This document shows, one piece after another, positions 17,900-29,870 of a stretch of 64,000 nucleotides of DNA. The stretch is from assembly GCF_009914755.1 (NCBI RefSeq), contig NC_060942.1; one strand, 5' to 3'. Source of the stretch: the human T2T-CHM13v2.0 reference genome, Homo sapiens. The notes under the pieces were generated by a model that had not been told where the DNA came from, searched no databases, and saw only the letters and a program-made list of their open reading frames with translations. The translations under genes and the position numbers were made by a program. Every line of letters starts with the position of its first letter. The first letter of the stretch is position 1.

Positions 17900-19250
17900 T
17901 CCTAGGGAAGGGTTTCTATGGCGCCACTGTGGCATTTCTCTCTCGAAAGCTTCTCCGTAAAGTAGCTTGAACACATCATGCACAGGCTCAATCATGTATA
18001 AACCACTTTGTAACAAAGGCTCTCGGGCAGAGTGGCCAGGAGAGAAGCGCCACAGAGAGGGGGCAGAGGGAGCGGTAGGAAGAGAGGTGCCGTCACAGCA
18101 GCACGTGGGTCCTGGATGACTCAGCCAGGGGTGGCCACCAGCCTGACCTCCCCAGAAAACCCCCTCACCCGATGAGACGGTCGTCTGGGGACCTGCAGAT
18201 GATGAAGTTAAAAGGACTTATTCTTTGCCTCGTGTATCTTCACGACTCGTGGTGCTGATATCAATAACCACGCTCAGATGGAAACTCGGCTTCCTCCCAG
18301 GCCATCCACGACAGAAGTGGCAGCTGAAGACGGGCTGGCCCGAGAGGCAGCGCCCCGCGCAGAACGCCCGTGCCTGGGAAGAGGCCTGCACTCCAGCAGA
18401 CTTCCATGTTCGCTGGAAGCCTCCCTTCCTGACTGTGAATTGGGACAATGCGCAGACTTCCATGTTCGTTGGAAGCCTCCCTTCCTGACTGTGAATTGGG
18501 ACGATGCGCGGGATTTTCTGAAACCTCAGTTCCTCCGTCTGTAAGATGAGATTGTGGGGAGGAGGGCGGACCTGTAAGTGCCCAGCCACGAGGGCTGAGA
18601 GATTCGAACTCCTTTGCTGCCGCGAAGAAGGGCCTGTTCCCCGGAGGCCAGGTGGGCTCCAGGCCAAGCTCGCAGAGGGGCCAGGTGTGCTCTGGCGGTG
18701 AGAGGGCCGCGCGTCCCGGCACACACCCCGCCCATTTCAGCACCCTCTCCACCCTCCTCAGATGACCAGAGAAATCCAAGCAGGCCCTTGGCTTTCAAGA
18801 TTCAGCTTCAGCCATGCATAAGTCCTTCACTGAAGTGGCAGAGGAAGGACGAGCGGCTTTGTTGGATTGGGGCTGGAGCCCCGTGCCCGGCTGTGGGTGC
18901 TCGTGGGAGAGCCTCGCCCGGCCCTGCGCTTCCCGAGAGTTCGCCGGGAGCACAAGCCCTGGAGAGCCCATGGGCAGAGCTCACCAGCCCCACCTCACAG
19001 AGAGGGAAACTCCGAAGTGGCCGTGGATTTGCCCAGGGTCACCCAGTGACAGACAGCTCAGACTCCTTTCCCAGCTCCGGCCACCGAAGCTTGCAGGCGC
19101 GTCCGTTCCAGCTCAGATAAGCACCTCCGCCACGCTTTCCTCACGCCTTCATCCGATCTGGTGTTTCCCGGCCTGAGGTTTGGTTTTAGCACGCAGCAAG
19201 CACTTCCGTTGAAGCGTTAATCGAGTTTTATTTTGACTAGCTCTTCCGTC
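17900..19250. promoter_or_regulatory. CpG-rich island (candidate promoter/enhancer)
   Basis: High GC and many retained CpGs; E-box CACGTG ~18102, AP-1 TGACTCA ~18117, GC-box gggcgg ~18564. Confidence 0.7.
18396..18507. repeat. 56-bp tandem duplication (2 copies, 2 mismatches)
   Basis: gcagacttccatgttcg(c/t)tggaagcctcccttcctgactgtgaattgggac(a/g)atgc x2. Confidence 0.97.
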
Positions 19251-19624
19251 TCTTCCAAAGATACCTCCTGATTTCTACCACCACACGCCAGTTTTGCAGT
19301 TGTTGAATATTATACAGGTGGACTCCCAAGGTATCCCATTGCTGGGCTTTTACAAAACACTCACTGGCTATGTTCCTATCGGCTCTGGTATCGGTGGCCT
19401 GTGAGCTACTCACTCACAGAGCTCAACCTTCCTGCAGGTACCAGTCAGGACTAACTTCTGGAAAGAGAAGCCTTAATTTAAAAACATAAAAAATAAATTT
19501 TAAAAAAAGCTTTCCTACCAAATTCCTGATTGGTAACTGTAGTAACAAATTCAGGTCGGCTTCCCTGACCTTGGCTTCTGACAGTCTGGGATTCGTCACA
19601 GCTTCCTGGATGAGTCTCTAGAAT

Positions 19625-19658
19625 GTTTTAAAATATTTTTAATTTTCATGGGTACATA
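19625..19658 (-). mobile_element. Micro-insertion of an L1MA-type 3' terminus
   Basis: 'tttttaattttcatgggtacata' between direct repeats gagtctctagaat (19612-19624, 19659-19671). Confidence 0.6.
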
Positions 19659-19699
19659 GAGTCTCTAGAATATTATGAGACGTGTATACAAAAAGTCCA

Positions 19700-19915
19700 A
19701 GCCTGGGCAAAATAGTGAGACCCTGTCTCTACAAAAAATAAAACAATTTAGTCAGGCTTGGTGACACAGGCCTATAGTCCCCACTACTCAGGAGGCTGAG
19801 GCAGGAGGATCGCTTGAGCCCAGGAGTTCAAGGCTACAGTGAGCTGTGATCACACTATTGCACTCAGTCTGGGTTGACACAGTAAGACCCTGTCTCTAAC
19901 AAAAAGAAAACGAAA
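19700..19915 (+). mobile_element. 5'-truncated AluJ
   Basis: Starts 'agcctgggcaaaatagtgagaccc'; TSD-like aaaaagtcca/aaaaatcca. Confidence 0.92.
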
Positions 19916-20404
19916 AATCCATATGTGATAATCCATGCCAAATAAAGTTAATCATGATCATTACAAAATGAAAGTAATTTCCGTGCTTTACAAAATGATT
20001 CACTATTAAGTTACTTTAAATAGTAAGCTCTCTTCCTATGTTTTAAAATAGATGATCTAAATGAATTGAACCAATTTTCAGGAATATATTCATACCTATA
20101 TCAAGGCATACCTGATTGGACCCTATATAATTTTTGTTCATTTATTTATTTGTCCCTCGATTTGTCCAGCCTGCCTTATTGATCAGCCGCCCCGGAGGGG
20201 AGGGGACTTGGGAGTGAGGTCCTGTGGAGGAGGAGGGGGTGAGAATGGAAACTGTGGGTTGTCTATCTTAATGTGATTTTCCTGACTCAGTGGGCTGGCG
20301 AAGACTGCTTGGCATTTGAGACATAGCTACTTCTTGGTCTGTCTCCCAACTAGATTGTGAAGTGCTTGAGGACAGGGGACATTTCAGTCTGAATGTGTCT
20401 GCCA

Positions 20405-20485
20405 AGAAAAAGAGCAGGAGAGAGGAAGGAAGGAAGAGAAAAAGGGAGGGAGGGAGGGAAGAAGGAAGGGAAGGAAGGAAGAAAA
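20405..20485. repeat. GA-rich low-complexity tract
   Basis: (GGAA)/(GGGA)-like polypurine run. Confidence 0.9.
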
Positions 20486-21651
20486 TTGTATATAATAGCC
20501 GTAATGTCTGTGTAGGTACATAAATGGATACATAGATACATTTAAACCACAGCCTTACAGTTATTCAAGTATTGCTACTTCTTTATAATCTGAGACAGAG
20601 AAAGAGCAGTCATTACTCTCTCATACAAGCTTCTTTTTCGTATTGTAACCTGAGAATTTAGCATTAATTGCTACAAAGGAAGCAAATAAAACTCACTTGT
20701 GAAAACACAAATTGCCCTGCTGCCTTTTGCTTTTTTTGCCTGTTGATATAAATTGAAAAATACACCAGGAACAATCAAACTTGCAGTCGATGGCATTGAC
20801 TGGAAGAAGGATTAGGAAGTGAGAGAACAGGTTAAAATGTGGTCCACAATTCTCAGCGATGGCTGGAGATCAGGCTTCACCAGGGAGGAGGGTTAGCTCA
20901 AGGCTCAGGCTCGTTTAAATATTTTCCCCTTCCTCTCCTTCCTGTGAATTTAACCAGGAAAACAGCACAGTCTGTCACCTAGGTAACTGGCTCTCCTGCT
21001 GACTGGTGGAGATTGGAAACCGCACCCTTTCTCACTGCAAATTTGCATTCGCAGCTGGGCTTCGGGTGACCTCGCCAGAGGACAGAAAGCTAATCCAATC
21101 CTGCTGCTGAATGAGGGTGCCCGGTCCTACCTGGTCCACCTGACAGGCATCTGCCTCTGTAAGGAGTCTGTTTAAGGGTCCCGCGTGCCCATTGCTTTCC
21201 TTCAGAAGGAGGCTGGAAAATGCTTTTGATTTGAAAATGATGAAAATGAAAATGGTCCTTGGATTGTCACTTTGTGCAAAACCCTGTATTTCTAATTGGG
21301 AGAACATCGCTTCTCCCAACCATGTTCCCGAAGAGCCTGCAGGTTAGGCTGGCTGAGATGAGGACAAAGACCTTGGGTGCCCAGTTTAGTCATGTTAATT
21401 AAAATAAAAAATTGAAGTGGGGAGGCGTGAGGAGAATGTGCCTGGACAATAGGAACCCCAGGCCGTGGTCGTCAGCTCAGTGTTTGTTCACAGCCGCTCC
21501 TTTCTTTGCCCCATTGTGCTGTCAGCTCGGTGACTTCTGAGAGGGGCTGGGCGCCAGCTGTATGCAAAGTGCAGAGGCCCTGGGGCGGGTGCCTGGGGAG
21601 AGGGGCTGCCTGCATCACTTCTGTGTTACTCGTTTTCTCTTCTCCTCATGG

Positions 21652-21761
21652 AATAACAGCTAATTCACACCTTTATGTAATATCGGCGAACTCACACCTT
21701 CATGTGATAACGGCTAACTCACACCTTCATGTGATAATAACAGCTAACTCACGCCTTTAGT
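21652..21761. repeat. 27-bp minisatellite, ~4 copies
   Basis: Unit ~(a/g)ataac(a/g)gctaactcacaccttcatgt. Confidence 0.92.
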
Positions 21762-21920
21762 TGTAGGTGTTATTCTCAGGACTTCCGTGTCTAAAATGAC
21801 TTCACCCTGACCATAATAACCTAGGAGATGGGCACTGTTCATGCTGATTTGAGAAAGGGGCAATCCCAGATGCAGGCAGCGGAAGTGATTTGTGCAGGCC
21901 TCATGGCCAGTAACTGACTC
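21735..21920 (-). mobile_element. MIR
   Basis: 'ccataataacctaggagatgggcactgtt...ggaagtgatttgtgcaggcctcatggccagtaa'. Confidence 0.6.
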
Positions 21921-23107
21921 CTGACACCCTTGGCACCGGCCACCCCCCAACTCGCCCCTACATGCAGGTGGGTTCAGCTCAGCAGAAGAGGGCACTCAAT
22001 GCCCTTGAGAGCAGGTGCGGGACCCAGGCTGCAACTGGCCTTGCTAACTTGTCCCTGGCGTCCTCACTCGCTGTCTGGCCTGGCAAGCCCGCGGTGAGCT
22101 CCCATCTGTCCCCTGTCATCTGCGAGCTGCGCTATGGAACTGATCTGAAGGGCCATCCGCCTCCCCCTCCACCCATGCTCCCCAACCTTGACTGCTCCCT
22201 TAGTGATCCCTGTAGGACAGGCGGAAGCCAAAGGAAAGGAAAAGAGAGGCTGCATGGGTACCTAGGAAAACGCCTAGTTAAGAGGCATTATCTGAGCTCC
22301 TTCCGAGTGCCAGTCCCAGCTTGGAATGGGGAGATGCACTGCCAGTGAGGTAGGCAGGGTCCCGGTCCTCCAGGCTGACCTGCTGACCCGCAGGGGACAC
22401 AGACAGGAGGTGCAAGGGAGCAGCAGGGCCTGAGGGGATGCACATGTTGCCACAGGATCAAGAGTGAAGAAGCTGAGGTGAGGGCTGTGACTTCCCTAGG
22501 TGCTCAGAGAACGCTCCCGAGGCTGAGGCCTGCCCGCCAAGACATTAGGGGGAGGACAGCCTCAAGCAGACCTGGGGACAGGCCCCCAGCAGGGCTCAGG
22601 AGCAGAAACCGGCCAGATGCACCCAGCAAGCAGAGGACAGTGGCCAAGGGAGGTGAGTGGCTCACATGACTCGCAGGCCTTGGAGAGGGATCTGCACTTC
22701 ATTCTAACTGCAATTTTTCACCCAAGAGAAAGGAAGGTAGCCTCGGGTTGGGAGGGACCCATTGTGCAATTTGTTGTAAGGTCAATACACACCTGAGGTG
22801 AGCAAAGACCCACTGTGAGTGATCGGAAGAGGGATCATATCCTTCCAATATCTGTGATCGATCCCATCCAACCCTCCCTTTTATGCATGGTGCCTGACGT
22901 GGATGCTGCTTCCTCAGATCTACATGTTCAGTACACAGCAGAGCCTAAACTGGAGGTCAGTCTGGTGAGGGTTCTGGTTTGCCCCAAAGAGATGTGGGGT
23001 GAATGAGAGAGTGATGGCATCAGGCTCATTTGCTGACCAGAACCCTGGGCTGACCTAGAGAACGGTAACGAAAGCACAGGATAGATGAAGAAGTGGGAGA
23101 AATGGGG

Positions 23108-23109
<2 letters not shown>

Positions 23110-23167
<58 letters not shown>
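23110..23167. repeat. (TG)n microsatellite (~28 units)
   Basis: Perfect GT run. Confidence 0.98.
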
Positions 23168-23168
<1 letters not shown>

Positions 23169-23682
23169 CTAATATAGGAATGTGCTTGCAATATTACAAT
23201 ATAATGGCAAGTGAAAAAGAAAGGAAACTAAAGAAAAGATAAGGATTTGGAAAGTTCAGTATTTTGACAAAGAGAGAGAACTAAAGACAGAAAAGAAGAA
23301 ACTGTTCAACAAATAAAGAGATCAGGTTTTTATTTGTTTTTACTGTGAAAAGGAATCATTTGCTACCTACCTCAAAGATACTGAGCCCAAGTCCCTGCTC
23401 TGAAATTCAAGCACACTTGTCAAAAATCTAAAACAATTTTCATTCAGTAATAGACACTCAAGCCTTTGGTAAAGATAGGATATCTGGAATAAAGTCAGTT
23501 CCCCAACCTCACATAATACACATAAAGTAGGTCAAAATAGGTCCAACTAAAACTCTTAGAATAAAACTCAGGAGTAAATCTTCATGACTTTGGGTAATGT
23601 CTTCTTAAATATGGCATCAATTGCACAAAACAACAAAAGGAAAAAACAGATATAGTAGACTTCATCAAAATGATAAACTTTC

Positions 23683-23750
23683 GTCAGGAGTTCGAAACCA
23701 GCCTGGGCAACATAGCAAGACACTGTCTCTATAAAAAATTAAAAATTAAA
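23683..23750 (+). mobile_element. Truncated Alu/FLAM fragment
   Basis: 'gtcaggagttcgaaaccagcctgggcaacatagcaagac'; TSD-like aaactttcg/aaacttttg. Confidence 0.85.
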
Positions 23751-24181
23751 AACTTTTGTGCTACAAACTATCAAGAAAGTGGGAAAACAATGCACAAAAA
23801 ATGTTGTCTGTATCAAAATCTTTGCAAATCATGTCTCTGACAAGGACTTATATCCAGAATATATAAAGAATTCTTACAATTCAATAATGAAAACACAACC
23901 TAATTTTAAAAATGGGCAAATAATTTGAATAGACATTTATCCAAAGCAGGTATACCAATGGCCAAAGCACATGGAAAGATGCTCAACATCGCTAGTCATT
24001 AGGGAAATGCAAACCAAAACCAGAATGAAAGCCTTCTTAATACCCAAGAGGATGGCTATTATCAGAAACATACATACTACCAAGTGTTGGTGAGGATGTG
24101 GTGAAATTGGAACTCTCTTACACTGATGGTGGGAATATTGAAGGGTGCAGCCACTTTGGGAAAAAAAATCGGTAGTTCTTC

Positions 24182-24785
24182 TGTTACTGGTGGAGGGTCT
24201 TGACTGCAGGTTGTCCAGTTTCTAGGCATTTCGAACAAAGAATTGGACAAAATGCACAGCAAAGCAAGGAAAGAATGAAGCAACGAAAGCAGAGATTTAC
24301 TGAAAATGAAAGTATACTCCATAGCGTGGGAGCGGCCCAAGCAGCAGCTCAAGGGCCCCGGATAGAGAATCTTCTTGGGTCCAAATACCCTCTAGAGGTT
24401 TCCCATTGGCCACTTGGTGTTCACCCCATGTAAATGAAGTGGTGGCCTGCAATCAGTCTGATTAGTTGCGGAAAGCAACCAATCAGAAGCTAAAGTGAAG
24501 TTACAAAGATGCACTCCTATGCAAATGAAGACTTGGCCTACAGTCAGAGGCTGAAGTTACAAAGCTACCTTCCTATGCAAACGTCTGGTTGCAGAAAGCA
24601 ACCAATTAGAGGTACTTCCAATTTTCCATCTGCCTTGCAGAAAAGGTGGGGGTTTGCAAAGAGAGTAGCCTCTGGTCCTTTTGGTACTTGGGCATGGAAA
24701 GCTGGGATTTTTCTTTTGATTTAGTTCTAGGAAGTCAGGGTGAATCAGCCTTAGGTTTCCTGCCTCCAGATCCTATTCTCCCTCA
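24182..24785 (-). mobile_element. Solo ERV1 LTR, MER51 family
   Basis: Minus strand starts TGAGGGAGAATAGGATCTGGAGGCAGGAAACCTAAGG, ends TAACA; 4-bp TSD cttc/cttc; repeated ccaatcag..gaagttacaaag units. Confidence 0.88.
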
Positions 24786-25004
24786 CTTCAAAAAGTTAAA
24801 CATATTACCATAAGACCCAGCATATGACTCACCATATGACTCAGCCACTTCTACTCTCTTGGATATATATTCGATAGAAACAAAGACATATATCACATAC
24901 ACACTTGTACTTGGATGTTCAGAGCAGCATTATTCATAAAAGCCAAACCCAGAAACAATGCAAATGTCCATCAACAGATAAACGGAGAAGCAAAACGTGG
25001 TCTA

Positions 25005-25337
<333 letters not shown>

Positions 25338-25978
25338 TTACTTTACACAGCTATAACACTACATCATGGATGAACCTTGAAGTGGTTCCAGTGGTTTCAC
25401 TTATGCCAAGTGAAAGAAGCCAGTGAAAAAATACCATACACTGTGAGATTCCATTTATGTGGCGGGTCAGAAACTCCCCCATCTCTGCAAGTCCCCCGAC
25501 CATCTCTGAAAGTGTGTTCATCTCAAACTTCATGCCCTGCACTCTAGGCTCTGGTCACACTGGGGTCCTCACTACTCCTCAAATATGTTACCATCCCATC
25601 TCCTATGTCCACACCTTTATTTCTCATGTTCCCTTGAGTGGCAGATTCCCACACATCCTTCAAAGGTCCTGGTCAGCCAGGAAGTCTACTGGTCTCACTC
25701 TATTCCCTGAGCACTTCTGCTTCTAAAATAACACACAAGCAGATGGAGAGAACGATCTACGTCACATTCAAGCAAAAGTCATCAGAAGAGTGTTTAGTCC
25801 TTTGCAGACATGCGTGCACACCGTGGGCAAAAAGGAGGGTCTCACAGGTGTGAGTGGACTTCACAGAGGTGGGGATGAAAGAGGTGGATGAGCAGATGGT
25901 GAATAGTAATGCTAGCTGATACTGTTTGCACACTCACTCTGCCCTATGCACTGTGTGTAAACTGTATTCGTTTAGTCT

Positions 25979-26423
25979 TGTCAACCTAAATAACAGACAG
26001 GGAGATGCTCTAAAAGAAAATGATTAATTGGGAATAGGCACTGTAATGGTAGTATGTGTGTCATAGTAAACTATGTGTGTATTCAGGGAGGTAAAGGAAG
26101 ACTAAGATTTTTAAAGGGAAAATTAGGAGGATCATATCATTGTTGAGTCAGATAATTATCTGACTTGTAAGGATCAATTAACAAGGGTGGTGCTAATCCA
26201 AGGTTGAACAGGTAGTGGCTGGGCAGATGTCTTTGAAGAGGTAGTTTTTGTTTTTTGGGTGCAATAGTTTTGGGGTAAGACGTCGGGTGTTGTAGAACCT
26301 CTTGTGATAGTTCCTGTTATCAGACATTTATGCATGAGAACCTTCCTTTCATGGCCTTCCCCAGATCTGTTTGTCAAGGTTTCCAACACAAGTGACTCCT
26401 CTTTGAGTCTGACAACTTTCACA
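25979..26423 (-). mobile_element. 3' LTR of the provirus
   Basis: Minus strand begins TGTGAAAGTTGTCAGACTCAAAGAGGAGTCAC. Confidence 0.9.
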
Positions 26424-26484
26424 CTTTCCCCTGTTGATCAAAATCTTTCTCCAAAAGCACTGCTGATCAATCGTTCTGTAGTTA

Positions 26485-26615
26485 GGTTGTTGTTGTTTGG
26501 AGATGAGGGTCTCGCTATGTTACTAAGGATGGCCTTAAACTCCTGGGTTCAAGTGATTCTCCTGTCTCAGCCTCCTGACGAGCTGAGACTACAGGCACAT
26601 GCCACTGTGTCTGGA
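26485..26615 (-). mobile_element. FLAM
   Basis: Antisense Alu monomer within the ERV. Confidence 0.85.
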
Positions 26616-27181
26616 TTGTGGTTAGATTTCGATTGTCCTTTGGTGCTGGGACAGACCTGTCCCAGTTCGGTCTGGTCTGGTCCCCGCTGGAAGGAAGTGT
26701 TTAGTAACCAGGAGTCAGCATCAAAACCCTTCTAGCCACATTTGAGCAACAAAAGAGGTTGGAGGGAGTGGATCTCATGCTAGGCCCACAGTGGACCCAG
26801 AGTCCACTGTGAAGCTCAATTTTGTCTGTTCTGTAGGTGTTAGCTTCATCTCAAAGTGTTGGGCCAGCATTACTCTGTTGTACTTATGCAGGAATTTAAC
26901 AAGTAACAAGTACAAAGCTTAAAAAAGAAAATATGAAGTAAAATGATAGTCTCAATTTGTATAATAGTTTTGAGCCATAAACCTAGGCTTAAAGACAACC
27001 AAATTGAATAAGTCAAATGACCACAGGGAATTAAGTGAGCTTTGTAGTAAACATGTAGTCCGTTTTCTTATTTTGTGTATGTGGGTCTCAACTTTCCCAG
27101 AGGAATTTATCCTGGTACAGCATGTAGCATTAGCAATAGTGCAGGCATTTCCTTACTTGACCAACACATACTGTAGAGCAA

Positions 27182-27493
<312 letters not shown>

Positions 27494-28997
27494 TATAGAG
27501 TAATTTTAGCATCTAGTATCCTATGGCTGGATTGAATTAAAGCAGAGTAAGCCAGTTGTATTAGGAATGTTGCCAAGTCACCCACTAGGCTGACTAAAGG
27601 ATCTCTTAGGCCAGGTTCTGTCAAGTTACCAGCAGAAGATACCATTACCTTGCCAAGTGAGCAAGGTAGGCATTAAGAGTGGTAACAGTCTCATTATAAT
27701 ATGGAGTCATTAAGTTCAGGCATCTTGAGAAAAGCTGTTTACAGTGTGAAGCTATCAACTTCTTGCCCTGGCTTGCAGTTTGAATATTTCTGGTTATGGC
27801 ATCAGGCAGTTTGGTGAACTTTCTGTGTGATCCATACATCAGGCCCTAGACTTATTCATTAAAATTCATCTAATTTCAGTTTATAATGCTCCAGGAACAG
27901 AACAGTTCCTGTTTTTAGTAATTCCATGGAAAAAAGTTGGATTGGAGGAATCTAGAAGAATTCAGGGTTTAGTTTAGTCTATAGGTAAATAATGAGAACT
28001 CAGAAACAGTGTTCAGGGCTACAATCTAATTACAGGTGTACCATAGCTTTTATTTAGAAACATAATTTTTTCTTTCTACGTTGAACACAAAAGAATCTCA
28101 GACTTCAAATTTTAAAGGCTCTTGAGGCTAGAAAGCCGAACCAAGGTAGATTTCAGATTTTACATAGTCTTAAGATTCCTGGGCCTGCAAGGAAGTGACA
28201 ATTTTTACTCACTTGCTGCAATGCTGGGAACCCTTGAAGCCAGGTATGTATGCTACGTACATTCTCGAATATAACATTCCAGTCAAAGCCTTGGTACTAC
28301 AACCAATATTTCCAACTGTATCCTATTATAAAAAGAGAGCAAATTCTTACTGAATGTATGCAAATAACCATATTGCCATAAGAATACTCATAAATAGTTT
28401 CCAAATTCTGGTGAGATCAAGTAGGAAAAAAAGTAAATGCTTCTGTCTGTGTTCACAAAAGTATATTTTACCAGTTACTATAAATTATGGATAGCTTAAG
28501 AGAAAAAAATTATTAAATCTGGAAAACAAAACATTTAAGTAACAAGCCAACGTGTTAAACAGAGTCATAAAAACATTTTCTTCATCAGTTGTTTAATCTT
28601 ATGTAATTATTTCTGTTCTGCTTGATTTCCTGAATGATCAAAAAATTTGATACAGGCCACACAGGAAATCATCTTAATAAGTCAGAAAATATTTTTTTCT
28701 TCGGAAAGTTACCAAGTAGGTAAAGAAAAACCTCCTGCAGTGTGATTGCTTCTTCTTATGGGGCACCTGTTTGGATAACCTAGAAGTCAAACCTGATTAC
28801 AAAGATATGTGAATTTAGTCAGACACAGGAAGAATATATGTCCACAGGTTATGAGTGTATGCCACATTATAGACAAACGTAAACAAGAAAGCTAGCAGCT
28901 TGAGCAGGGGAATACAGGGCTCTTAATAAAAGCATGGGAAATTTTCTGGTTATATGGAACAATTCTGACACATCAAGAAAAGCCAAGAGTAAGACTC

Positions 28998-29327
<330 letters not shown>

Positions 29328-29523
29328 CTACAGTTTGGAAGGTGGTTGAAAATTTATTTTAAAAAGCAGATTTCAGAATTAAATCAAAACCTTTTGCAAA
29401 TTTTACTAAGAGCAGTTCAATAGTTCAAGAAAGCCTTATTGTTCTAGTATATGGAACCAAATTTTTATGTTTGTGTTACCGTATTCTTAATATCAAAGCC
29501 AATATTTAGAAAGGCTTATAAAT

Positions 29524-29870
<347 letters not shown>

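Noticed and set aside
18218-19176. Several 120-172 aa ORFs on both strands
   Set aside because: Expected stop-codon scarcity in GC-rich DNA plus a tandem duplication; no homology recognised.
21652-21761. CRISPR-like appearance of short repeats
   Set aside because: Units are contiguous with no unique spacers; eukaryotic minisatellite.
27645-27839. 64-aa minus-strand ORF in the ERV interior
   Set aside because: Too short and no identifiable retroviral motif; at most a decayed relic.
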